This document shows, piece by piece, positions 1 through 10,739 of a stretch of 64,000 bases of DNA (positions are counted from its first letter, which is position 1; each line of letters starts with the position of its first letter). Position numbers and translations under genes: made by a program. The stretch is from Squalus acanthias (lineage: Eukaryota). Under the pieces are notes generated by a model. The model ran no database searches. It had not been told where the DNA came from and saw only the letters and a list, made by a program, of their open reading frames with translations. Location: the NCBI GenBank assembly GCA_030390025.1, contig CM059432.1, forward strand, positions 90,646,001 through 90,710,000. The letters run 5' to 3'.

Positions 1-230
1 GGAGAATGTTTTTCACCCAGATGGTGGTGGGGGTCTGGAGCTCACTGTCTGAAAGGGTGGTAGAGGCAGAAACCCTCAGCACATTTAAAAAGTACTTGGA
101 TATGCGCTTGAAATGCCGTAACCTACAAGGCTGCGGACCAAGAGCTGGAAAGTGGGATTAAGCACAGATACGATGGGCCAAATGGCCTCCTTTTGTGCTG
201 TAAATTTCTATGATCCTCTAATTCTATGAA
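1..230 (+). mobile_element. CR1-type LINE 3' end fragment
   Basis: Degenerate FFTQRVVxxWNxLP-type C-terminus, gggccaaatggcctcct tail and ttctatga repeats. Confidence 0.75.
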
Positions 231-329
231 TTTAATACTCCTGGTTTTCAAGCAACTGTCAAAATCCATTTTAGAACAATTTGTAAACACCTCCAGCAGT
301 GTCTTCCTTTCCTGCCTCTTCACAGTTAC

Positions 330-518
330 CTCCGGAGTTCCCCAAAGATCTGTACTGGCCCCTCCCCTTCCTCATCTACATCCTGTGCCTTGGTGATATC
401 ATCCAAAGATATGCGGTCAATTTCTACATGTATGCTGATGACACCAAGCTCTACCTCTCCACCACCTCTCTCCCTGTCTCTCTTGATCCCTGCACTGCCT
501 CCGTGTTGTCAGACTGCT
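330..518 (+). mobile_element. L2-like LINE reverse transcriptase fragment
   Basis: Translates PLPFLIYILCLGDIIQRYAVNFYMYADDTKLYLS (YADD motif). Confidence 0.75.
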
Positions 519-949
519 GGGGGGAGAACTTGGATAAGACATGAAAATGGGTACAGGGATCGCAGTGCATGATTAACTTGCACCCGTTCATAGCGTTGCA
601 GGCACAATGTGCTGCCTGCTCTTTTAAATGATTTCTGCGTGTAGCCAGTGCTAGCCATGCTGTTCATCACGATATCGTGAGTGTCTAACTCCACTTAAAG
701 GCAGCCTGCACCTCTTAAAGAGGAGGTGCATTGTGGCTGCAACAAATGGTGGGAGTTTTTTCAAAACTGAATCAGTGCTGTGATACTTTAAGAAATGACT
801 AAACATGCGAGAGAGCGCGCACCAGGGTTTTCAGGCAATGCACTGGAGACCTTGGTGGAAGACGTTGAAAGGAAGAGAGATGTCCTGTATCCACAGGGGG
901 ACCGGAGGCCCTCCAGGCACATGCTCAGGAGGCAATGGGAAGATACCTG

Positions 950-3900
950 GTATGGTAGCATAGTGGTTATGTCACTGGGCTAGTAATCCAGAGGCCTGGA
1001 TGAATGATCCAGTGTAGTTCAAATTCCACCACGGCAGCTGGGGAATGTAAATTCAGTGAAATGGCATAGCAAGCAATTCAGTTGTACAAAACTGCTATGG
1101 AAAACAATAATAATGGCCCAGAAATTGGACTTGGAGGCTTGCCGCAGGGGTAAGGATCGCGCGCGATCTTACCTACCGCGCCTGCCTTTATGTTTCGGGC
1201 CCACACGAACTTCGGGTCCCGGGCCTCTCCCTGGTGCCGGCACGCAGTGTGTGCGTGTCCCAGAGGCGCAGTTAGTTCGATGCGACCTCTGGGATCACGT
1301 GGGACATGGAGAGCCAATGGCAGCACACCATCTTTCATTCATAGTTTTGACAGGAGAACTGTCAAAACTATGAATACAAATTGCCCCCAAAAGAACAGCT
1401 AAACCTCAAATAAATTTAAAAAAACCCATCACATTAATAAAATAACTATAGTTAAATAAATTAACCACTTTAAACAAAAATTTAAATTTTTGAAAAAATT
1501 TAAATTCTTTTTAAAAGTTATAAAAATAAACTTACCTTTCTTTAAAGTCTCTAAAAAAGATAAACTTGTTGAAAAAAATTTAAAATAATACTTAATTAAC
1601 TACTTACCTTGTTAAAAGGGGGTCTTATGCCTCCTTTCTTCATGTGTAAAATCTTCAATACTTACCTTCGCGTTGAAACCTGAAAAAAAACCTAAGTGTG
1701 CTGCGTGCGCACAGCCTGTAGTGCGCACGCGGTTCACTTAGGAACCGCCCCCTTAGCAATATCGAAAGTGCCGGTTTCCCGCGCATGCGCAGTGCATGCA
1801 GGAAACCGGCACTTCGGGACTGAATACGCGAGAGTACACAGTTCGTACTCTCCCGTATTCAGCCGAAGTTTTGGGCCAATAAGAATAAAACCAGACGAGC
1901 CACCCAGCATTGACCGAGGCACCGGCTTCGACCACGACAACGGCTCACCCAGCCCAGTCGACCCTGCAAAGTTCTGGGGACATCTGGGGACTTGTGCCAA
2001 AATTGGGAGAGCTGTCCCACAGACCAGTCAAGCAACAGCCTGACATAATCATATTTATAGAACCATACCTTTCAGCCAATGTCCCAGACCATCACCATCC
2101 CTGGGTATGTCCTGTCCCACCGAGGCATCCTCCATCATGTTGCGTGGCATTACCACCATGCTAAATGGGAGAGAGTCAGGACAGATCTAGCAGCTCAAAA
2201 CTGGACATCCATGAGATGCTGTGGGCCATCAGCAGCAGCAGAATTGTATTTCACCACAATCTGTAACCTCATGGCTCGGTATATCCCTCACTGTACCATT
2301 ACCAACAAGCCAGGGGACCAACCCTGGTTCAATAAGCAGTGTAGAAGAGCATGCCAGGAGCAGCACCAGGCGTACCTAAAAATGAGGTGCCAACCTGGGG
2401 AAGCTGCAACACAGAACTTCATGCATGCTAAAAAGCGGAAGCAGCATGCTATAGACAGGGCTAAGCGATCCCACAATCAACAGATCAGATCAAAGCTCTG
2501 CAGTCCTGCCACATCCAGTTGTGCATGGTGGTGGACCATTAAACAACTAACGGGAGGAGGAGGCTCCATGAATATCCTCATCCTCAATGATGGTGGAGCC
2601 CAGCACGCGAGTGCAAAAGACAAGGCTGAAGCATTTGCAACCATCTTCAGCCAGAAGTGCCGAGTGGATGATCCATATCGGCCTCCTCCTGAGGTTCCCA
2701 CCATCACAGAAGCCAGTCTTCAGCCAATTCGATTCACTCCACATGATATCAAGAAATGGCTGAGCGCACTGGATACAGCAAAGGCTATGGGCCCCGACAA
2801 CATCCCAGCTATTGTGCTGAAGACTTGTGGTCCAGAACTAGCCGCGCCTCTAGCCAAGCTGTTCCAGTACAGCTACAACACTGGCATCTATCCGACAATG
2901 TGGAAAACTGCCCAGGTATGTCCTGTCCACAAAAAGCAGGACAAATCCAACCCGGCCAATTACCACCCCATCAGTCTACTCTCAATCATCAGCAAAGTGA
3001 TGGAAGGTGTCATCAACAGTGCTATCAAGCGGCACTTACTCACCAATAACCTGCTCACTGATGCCCAGTTTGGGTTTCGCCAAGACCACTCGGCTCCCGA
3101 GCTCATTACAGACTTGGTCCAAACATGGACAAAGGAGCTGAATTCCAGAGGTGAGGTGAGAGTGACTGCCCTTGACATCAAGGAAGCATTTGACCGAGTG
3201 TGGCATCAAGGAGCCCTAGTAAAACTGAAGTTAGTGGGAATCAGGGGGAAAACGCTCCACTGGCTGGAGTCATACCTAGCACAAAGGAAGATGGTTGTGG
3301 TGGTTGGAGGTCAATCATCACAGCCAGAGGACATCGGCGCAGGAGTTCCTCAGGGCAGTGTCCTAGGTCCAACCATCTTCAGCTGCTTCATCAATGACCT
3401 TCCCTCCAACATAAGGTCAGAAATGGGGATGTTCGCTGATGACTGCACAGTGTTCAGCGCCATTCACAACTCCTCAGATAATGAAGCAGTCCATGCCTGC
3501 ATGCAACAAGACCTGGACGATGTTCAGGCTTGGGCTGATAAGTGGCAGGTAACATTCGCGCCACAGAAGTGCCAGGCAATGACTATCTCCAACAAGCGAG
3601 AGTCTAACCACCACCCCTTGACATTCAGTGGCATTACCATCGCCGAATCCTCCACCATCAACATCCTGGGGGTCACCTTTGACCAGAAACTTAACTGGAC
3701 CAGCCACATATAATACTGAGGCAACAAGAGCAGGTCAGAGGCTAGGTATTCTGCGGCGAGTGTCTCACCTCCTGACTCCCCAAAGCCTTTCCACCATCTA
3801 CAAGGCACAAGTAAGGAGTGTGATGGAATACTCTCCACTTGCCTGGATGAGTGCAGCTCCAACAACAATCAAGAAGCTCAACACCATCCAAGACAAAGCA

Positions 3901-4333
3901 GCCCATTTGATTGGCACCCCATCCACCACCTTAAACATTCACTCCCTCCACCACCGGCGTACCGTGGCTGCAGTGTGTACCATCTACAAGATGCACTGCA
4001 GCAACTCGCCAAGGCTTCTTTGGCAGCACCTCCCAAACCTGCGACCTCTTCCACCTAGAAGGACAAGGTCTGCAGGCGCATGGGAACACCACCACCTCCC
4101 CTCCAAGTCACACAGCATCCTGACTTAGAAGTATGTCGCTGATCCTTCATCGTGGTTGTGTCAAAATCCTGGAACTCCCTACCTAACAGCACTGTGGGAG
4201 TACCTTCACCACACAGACTGCAGCTGTTCAAGAAGGCGGCTCACCACCACCTTCTCAAGGGCAACTAGGGATAGGCAATAAATGCTGGCCTTGCCAGCGA
4301 CGCCCAGATCCCATAAGCGAATTTTTAAAAAAG
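950..4333 (+). mobile_element. Non-LTR retrotransposon (APE + RT, CR1/L2-group-like, distinct from the CR1 copies) with a tRNA-like 5' head; APE internally deleted, frameshift near 3710
   Basis: IWGLVPKLGEL...QPDIIIFIE APE start at ~1980; ORF 2079..3713 with [26 protein letters not shown]-terminus in ORF 3628..4128; tail gggcaactagggataggcaataaatgctggccttgccagcgacgccca. Confidence 0.9.
1115..1877. mobile_element. Harbinger-type MITE inside the 5' region of the LINE
   Basis: TIR GGCCCAGAAATT / AAGTTTTGGGCC; AAT TSD (1112-1114, 1878-1880); AT-rich core; inverted homolog at 10802-11544. Confidence 0.88.
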
Positions 4334-6219
4334 GACAGCCACATCACCCAAACATATTGCACGACACTCACTGACACACTTCCCTCTTTCTTGCAGGAGG
4401 AAGTTGCACATAACAGCAGGCAGCAGCAAAGAACTGGAGGGGGACAAGTGCACCTGCAGGTTTTAACACCCATGGAGGAGACTGTGCTTTCCATTAAGGG
4501 AAGGGGCATCGCTGAGGCTGTGACCACTGGTGGCGCTGAAGCGATTGATGATGAGGGTAGCCACATACCTAATCCTCCTTCTCTATTCCCACTTCTCCCT
4601 CATTCCTCAATCTCTTTTGATTAAGAGGCTGCAGAAGATGTAAGCATGCACTTCTTACTTTCTTCTCTCCCCTCGCCACAACCCAACCCTTGTCCCTTTT
4701 TCATTTCATATATCCAATAACTGGACCCTGCCCAGACAGTGGAGGAAGAGCAAGAAGACAGTGAAGCTGAAGAGGCACTGTTGCTTGATCTTGCACTCGC
4801 AGCAACCAGCTCAAATACTGAAACTGTGCGCATTTTAGAGGTTAGGACAGAAGAGGGATCTGCACTTGGTGAGTCATCGTGCACAACTGCGCAGGAGCTA
4901 AGGTGGGGGTAAAGGATAGCACAGGTTCCAGCTTGCCGGAGGACGAAGTTGCACTCTAGTTCTGCTGCAGATGACTCAGATGAGGACTTTGATGGGCCAT
5001 GCTGCAGAAGAAGGCTGATGGGTGTACACACCTAAATGCTCGGTGCACTGGAAATCCTGCCAGAAAGCCTGCGCTCAATGTCAAGGAGCATGGAGGAGTC
5101 CAGCACCAACTTGGCACAGGGCTTTGCGCAGAGTTTGGATCTTATCCTTTCCAACATGGAACAGGTGGTCACCTCCATCAGCCCACCTGTAGAACCCAGC
5201 ATGATGAAGCGTCTGATGGCCAATCTCACAGCTTCCATTGCAGCACAAGCAGCTTCCACCAAAGGTCTGCATGCTGCACTGAAAGCTCAGACTGCTGTCA
5301 TGCAAGCTCAGACTGCTGCCATCATGGCTCTGGATGCCAGTGTTCAAAGGGACTTCCAGGGCATCACAACAGTCCATCAATCTGTTCTCTAACAGATTAC
5401 TAGGATTGCTGAGGCACCGCCCTGGGAGAGTGGCAGTGTCTCCATGGAGTGCGAACCTGTTGTCCTCTCTCAGGATGACAGTATTTGTGCTTCCACCCCT
5501 GCCACTCTGCCAGTGCTCTTGCTGTTGCCTGTTAGCCAGCCAGCCCAGATTGCTGCCGCCCATGCCAAGGTGGTGCAGTCTGAAGCCGAGCGTTTTAGAC
5601 CCAGAGCAGCTTGAGGTCACCCTCCAAGGCCATCTGCAGTCTCCTCAATTAAAGGTCAGCAGTCTTCCACCGCCCATTTTCTATTGAATTTGAGAGTGAT
5701 TTAGTTAAGTACGAAACTAGGGTCTTAAATCTGAACAAAGCAAATTACGTAGGTATGAGAGGCGAGTTGGCTAAGGTAGATTGGTAAACTAGATTAAAAA
5801 TGTGATGGTAGACAAGCAATGGCAGACATTTAAAGAAATAATTCATAATTCACAACGAATATACATTCCCTTGAGGGATAAAAACCCCACAGGAAAAGTG
5901 GTCCAACCGTGGCTAACAAGAGCAGTTAAAGATAGTATAAGATTAAAGGAAGTGGCTTATAATGTTGCCAAAATGAATTGTAAGCCTGAGAATCGGGAGA
6001 ATTTTAAAATTCAGTAAAGGATGACCAAGAAATTGATAAAGAGAGAGAAAATGGAAATGGGAGTAAATTAGCAAGAGACATAAAAACAGATTTAAAAGCT
6101 TCCAAAGGTATGTTAAAGGAAAGAGATTAGGGAAATTAAACATGGGTCCATTACAGGCAGAGACAGGAGAAATTATAATGGGGAATAAGGAAATGGCAGA
6201 GACATTAAACAAATACTTT

Positions 6220-6910
6220 GGGCTGGATTTTGATACTGGGGCGTGCTGGGGTCGTGTCATCCACTTTTCGTGTTATCCACACGATTGCAATTGGATGTGG
6301 GAGATTGATGCGATTTTTACCTAATTGGGCAATTGAGTTCCAGCATGTGGGAACCCATGAACCAATTAGTGTATACAGTCTGAAAATCGCCTCTGATGAT
6401 GTCATCATTCCTGCTGCATTGAAGGTCTGCAAAGACTGCCTGGCCTTTGCTGTGTGAGGACCTGGATGCAGAATGAGCAGCAGCAGCCCTAAGTCTGCTC
6501 CCAGATATTTTTGCACCACCACTCACAGAAATGTCTATTATTATTATTACTACTACTCCTCCTCCTCCTCCTCCTCCTCATCATCATCCTCATCCTCATC
6601 CTCCTCATCATCGTCATAGTGGACCTGCAGCTGATAGTCAGCTATCCAAATGTGCTCCCGCCAGGTTTCACATTCGTTGTTCAGAACAGGCGTGCTTCAC
6701 ATACAAAAAGTGTTAAAATCACAAAGGCCTTTCAAAATGGCATTATAGAGGCAATTTAGTGCTTGTTAAGGGCCTTAACAGCCTATCCCGCCTCTTGGAG
6801 TCGGGACGGAGTTGGGACCAGCAGACACGATTTAATGAAAATTGCGTGCGCAATTTTAACCCCCCACACGCCTCCAAACCCACCTCCACGGGTCAATGAA
6901 AATCCAGCCC
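6220..6910. mobile_element. Harbinger-type MITE nested in CR1
   Basis: Perfect 12-bp TIR GGGCTGGATTTT / AAAATCCAGCCC; TTT TSD; removal restores CR1 NKYFVSVFT. Confidence 0.92.
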
Positions 6911-7680
6911 TTTGTATCTGTCTTCACAGAAGAAGACAAAATACATTCCAGAAATGGTGGGGAACCAAGGGTCTAGTGAGGATGAACCTAAGGAAATTAG
7001 TATTAGTAAAGAAATAGTACTGGAGAAAGGGACCAAAAGCCAACAAATACCCTGGACCTGATGGCATACATCCTCGGGTTTTAAAAGAAGTGGCTACAGA
7101 GATAGTGGATGCATTGGTTTTGATCTTCCAGAATTCCCTGGAATCTAGAACAGTTCCCGTGGATTGGAAGGTAGCAAATGTAACCTCGCTATTCAAGGAA
7201 GGAAGGAGAGAGAAAACAGGGAACTATAGACCAGTTAGTTTGACATCAGTTGTAGGGAAAATGTTAGAATCTAGTATTAGGGACATGGTAACAGGGCTGT
7301 GGAGAAAATCATAATATGATTGGGCAGAGTCAACACGGATTTAGGAAAGGGAAATCATGTTTGACAAATCTGTTAGATTTTTTTTGAGGATGTAAGTAGC
7401 AGGGTAGATATGGGGCAACCAGTGGATGTAGTGTATTTTGATTTTCAAAAAAGATTCGATAAGGTGCCACACAAGAGATTATTACACAAAATTGGGGATT
7501 CTGGGATTAGGATAATATATTAGCATGGATTGAGGATTGGTTAAAGGAGAAAAAGCAGAGAGTAGGAATAAAGGGTCAATTTTGGGTTGGCGGGCTGTAA
7601 CTAGTGGGGTACCGCAAGGATCAGTGCTTGGGTCTCAGCTATTCACAATCTACATCAATGACTTAGATGAGTGGACCGAG

Positions 7681-8103
7681 GGCAACACGGTGGCATAGTG
7701 GTTAGCACTGGTGCCTCACAGCGCCAGAGACCCGGGTTCGAATCTGACCTCGGGTGACTGTCTGTGTGGAGTTTGCACATTCTCCCCGTGTCTGCGTGGG
7801 TTTCCTCCGGGTGCTCCGGTTTCCTCCCACAGTCCAAAAATGTGTGGGTTAGGTTGATTTGGCTATGATAAATTGACCCTTAGTGTTAGGTGGGATTAAA
7901 TATGGGGATAGGATGGGATATGTTAGGGGGAATTAAATACGTGGGGTTACGGGGGTAGGGTGGGATATGTGTACTGTGGGGATTAAAGCAGGGACAGGGT
8001 ACTGGATTTGGATGATCAGCCATGATCGTATTGAATGGCGGAGCAGGCTCGACGGGCCGAATGGCCTACTCCTGCTCCTAGATTCTATGTTTCTATGTTT
8101 CTA
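7681..8103 (+). mobile_element. tRNA-derived V-SINE (HE1-like) nested in CR1
   Basis: A box TGGCATAGTGG, B box GGTTCGAATC, V-domain tgtggagtttgcacattctccccgtgtctgcgtgggtttcctccggg, CR1-derived tail ending (tttctatg)n; removal restores CR1 TE|CNVSKF. Confidence 0.92.
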
Positions 8104-9528
8104 TGTAATGTATCCAAGTTTACTGACGAGACAAAGCTAGGTGGGAAAGTAAGTTGTGAAGAGGACACAAAGAGGCTGCAAAGCGATATAGACAGGTTAA
8201 GTGAGAGGGCAAGAATACGGCAGATGTAATATAATGTGGAGAAATGTGAAGTTATCCACTTTGGTAGGAAAAATAAAAAAGCAGAATATTTTTTAAATGT
8301 TGAGAGATTGGGAAATGTTGGTATTCAGAGGGACCTGGGTGTCCTTGTACATGAATCACGGAAAATTAACATACAGGTACAGCAAGCAATTCGGAAAGCA
8401 AATGGTGTGTTAGGTTTTATTACAACAGGATTGGAGTATAAGAGTAAAGAAGTCTTACTATAATTATGTAGGGCTTTGGTAACACCACACCTGGAGTACT
8501 GTGTACAGTTTTGGTCCCCTTACCTAAGGAAGGATATACTTGCCTTAGAGGGAGTGCAACGAAGGTTCACTAGACTGATTACAGGGATGGGGATATTGTC
8601 CTATTAGAAGAGATTGAGTACATTAGGCCTTTATTCCCTAAAGTTTAGAAGAATGAGAGGTGATCTCATTGAAATGTATAAAAATCGTAAGGGGCTTAAC
8701 AGGATAGATGCTGAGAGGTTGTTTTCCCTGACTGTGGAGTCTAGAACTAAGGTTCACAGTCTCAGAATAAGGGGTTGGCCATTTAGGACTGAGATGAGGA
8801 GAAATTTCTTCACTCAAAGGGTTGTGAATCTTTGAAATTCTCTACCCCAGAGGGTTGTGGATGCCCAGTCGTCGAGTACATTCAAGACAGAGATCGATAG
8901 ATTTTTGGATACCAAGGGAACCAAGGGATATGGAGATAGTGCGGGAAGGTGGAGTTGAGGTAGAAGATCAGCCAGGATCTTATTGAATGGCGGAGCAGGC
9001 TCGAAGGGCCGAATGGCCTACTCCTGCTCCTATTTCTTATGTTCTTACATGAGTCTGTACTTGGTGCTGTCAATAATATACACTGCAGAATTGAGTGCTA
9101 TTTGCAATTGACCTTTCAGAATGGATTTCTTATCCATTCAAAACTGATTTAGACCTGGAGACAAGAATTGGCCCCATTGTATTTTAAAAGTTAAGAACCG
9201 AAAGGATGTGGTGTCATTACATATTGAACCATCAAAGTGAAAGTTCACATGACAGGACGATGCAATGTAGTTTTAACGTGTCATCAGAACCTTTCAGAGA
9301 GCTATACAAGTTTTATATCCTGACTGTAATCTAAGCACATTGACATGTGGAAAACTTTATTTAAAAGAGGACAGCTACCTCTGCTCTGAATAATGTATTA
9401 TGGATGACTGTGACTCTGAATTGCTCACACAAATATATTCACATAGGAAATTGTATTAGGTGTTAGAATTCAAGGACACGATGAATATGATTTGAAATAA
9501 TGGCTGCAGCTTTCAGTTCTGATCCCAG

Positions 9529-9696
9529 TTCCTCCACAGAGAAAAACTCGTGCAGAAGCTAAAGGAAGAAACTATGAAGTTGACAGACCAAACAAAACAG
9601 CATTCCCAGGATATCAGCAAGCTCAGCATTGAGAAGCAGAAAATAGAACTAGAGATGGCAGTAATTACTGAGAAGCATAGAACTGCTCAACAAGAG
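9529..9696 (+). CDS. Internal coding exon A of a long coiled-coil host gene (FLHREKLVQKLKEE...EKHRTAQQE, 56 aa)
   Basis: Acceptor ...ttctgatcccag, donor GAG|gtatat; 168 nt open, phase 0/0; heptad-like E/K/Q/L content in AT-rich unique sequence. A nearby ccacag acceptor is out of phase. Confidence 0.8.
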
Positions 9697-10269
9697 GTAT
9701 ATTAGAGATGTCAATACAAACATAAATTGTTGCTGTCAATCTTTGCATATTTTTATTAATATTTAAATACAGTGATTTTCCAACTTTAAAATTAACGATA
9801 AGTTAGAATTGTCATACTATTATTAAAATGTAAAGGATTTTAAGCAACTGATGACCAAATAAGGTTAAGGTGATCAGTATTCATTGTAAATTGTTAACAT
9901 TACAGCTCGTCTATTGTTTCTGCGATCAGTTGTCATGCTTCTTGTCAGATCATTCTACCTCATAAGACACCGTTGAAGCTCTTGTTGACTCATCCACAGA
10001 GCATCACTAGTGTTAGAGACAGGGGAGGGTATTCAGTTCTATTTAACCTTACTGGTTACAAGATCAGGTCTTCAAGATTAGAGTCAGAAAAAGATAAAAT
10101 AGGAAATATAGTTAAGCTTTCATTGTTGCATACAGTCAAACAGCTATATGGAATCTGAGGTCTTTTAATTTAAAATTAAAGGTTACCCGGCACTTGATAT
10201 CCAAAAGAATTGATCAAATTCAGTAAATAATTTGTTCAGTTACTTATAGTGCATCTTAAGTATTGAATT

Positions 10270-10445
10270 GATGCCAGGTCAATTGTTAATTTTAAATCTG
10301 AGTTTGATAGATTTTTGTTAACCAAAGGTATTAAGGAATATGGGACAAAGGTGTGTGTATGGAATTAGGTCACACATCAGCCATGATCTAATGGAATGGT
10401 GGAACAGGCTCAAGGGGTTAAATGGCCTACTCCTCTTCCTATGTT
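10270..10445 (+). mobile_element. CR1 3' tail fragment
   Basis: gatagatttttg...cagccatgatct...tggcctactcct. Confidence 0.8.
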
Positions 10446-10739
10446 GAGTACTACAAACCAAACGTGCTGATCAATGACACAAACATTTGCTACATTATTT
10501 CTTCCATTTTAATTTAATCATTTTCAAAGTAAACTTAAAATTACATTAGTTGTACTACAGGTGATGTACTATACTTTGACTTTATACTGTATTAATGTTT
10601 CCTCAAATAATTATTGTACAATGTGTTTAACTTGCATCCTAATGCTCTGAAAAAGAATCAATAATATATCTATTTTGGAAAGCTATAACCAACGTGGGAT
10701 GGTGAGGTCTGTGCCACTTCAAGTTTTAAAGATAAATAA

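Larger units (their letters stand above)
519..5680 (+). mobile_element. Degenerate PIF/Harbinger element carrying a Myb/SANT-type gene (exon 1 part 795-945, exon 2 4397-4556, exon 3 ~4720-5680), split by a LINE
   Basis: GGGGAGAACTT terminus; RAPGFSGNALETLV...VLYP motif; exon EEVAHNSRQQQRTGGG with ttgcag/gt borders; MEES coiled-coil C-terminal region resembling other copies in the window. Confidence 0.7.
5682..9047 (+). mobile_element. 5'-truncated, decayed CR1 LINE ORF2 plus 3' tail, with two nested insertions
   Basis: Fragments DWKVANVT, GNYRPVSLTSVVGK, DLGVLV, FFTQRVVNL; many stops; tail gatcagcca...ggcctactcctgctcct(atttcttatgttctt). Confidence 0.93.

Noticed and set aside
2079..3713. RT ORF as a retron, DGR or group II intron system
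   Set aside because: Motifs, APE remnant and 3' tail are those of a non-LTR retrotransposon
6511..6759. Poly-Leu and poly-Pro/His ORFs
   Set aside because: Translation artefacts of the trinucleotide microsatellite
7681..7760. tRNA gene
   Set aside because: A/B boxes run directly into a V-domain and CR1 tail, so this is a SINE head; the head at 950 is likewise not a complete cloverleaf
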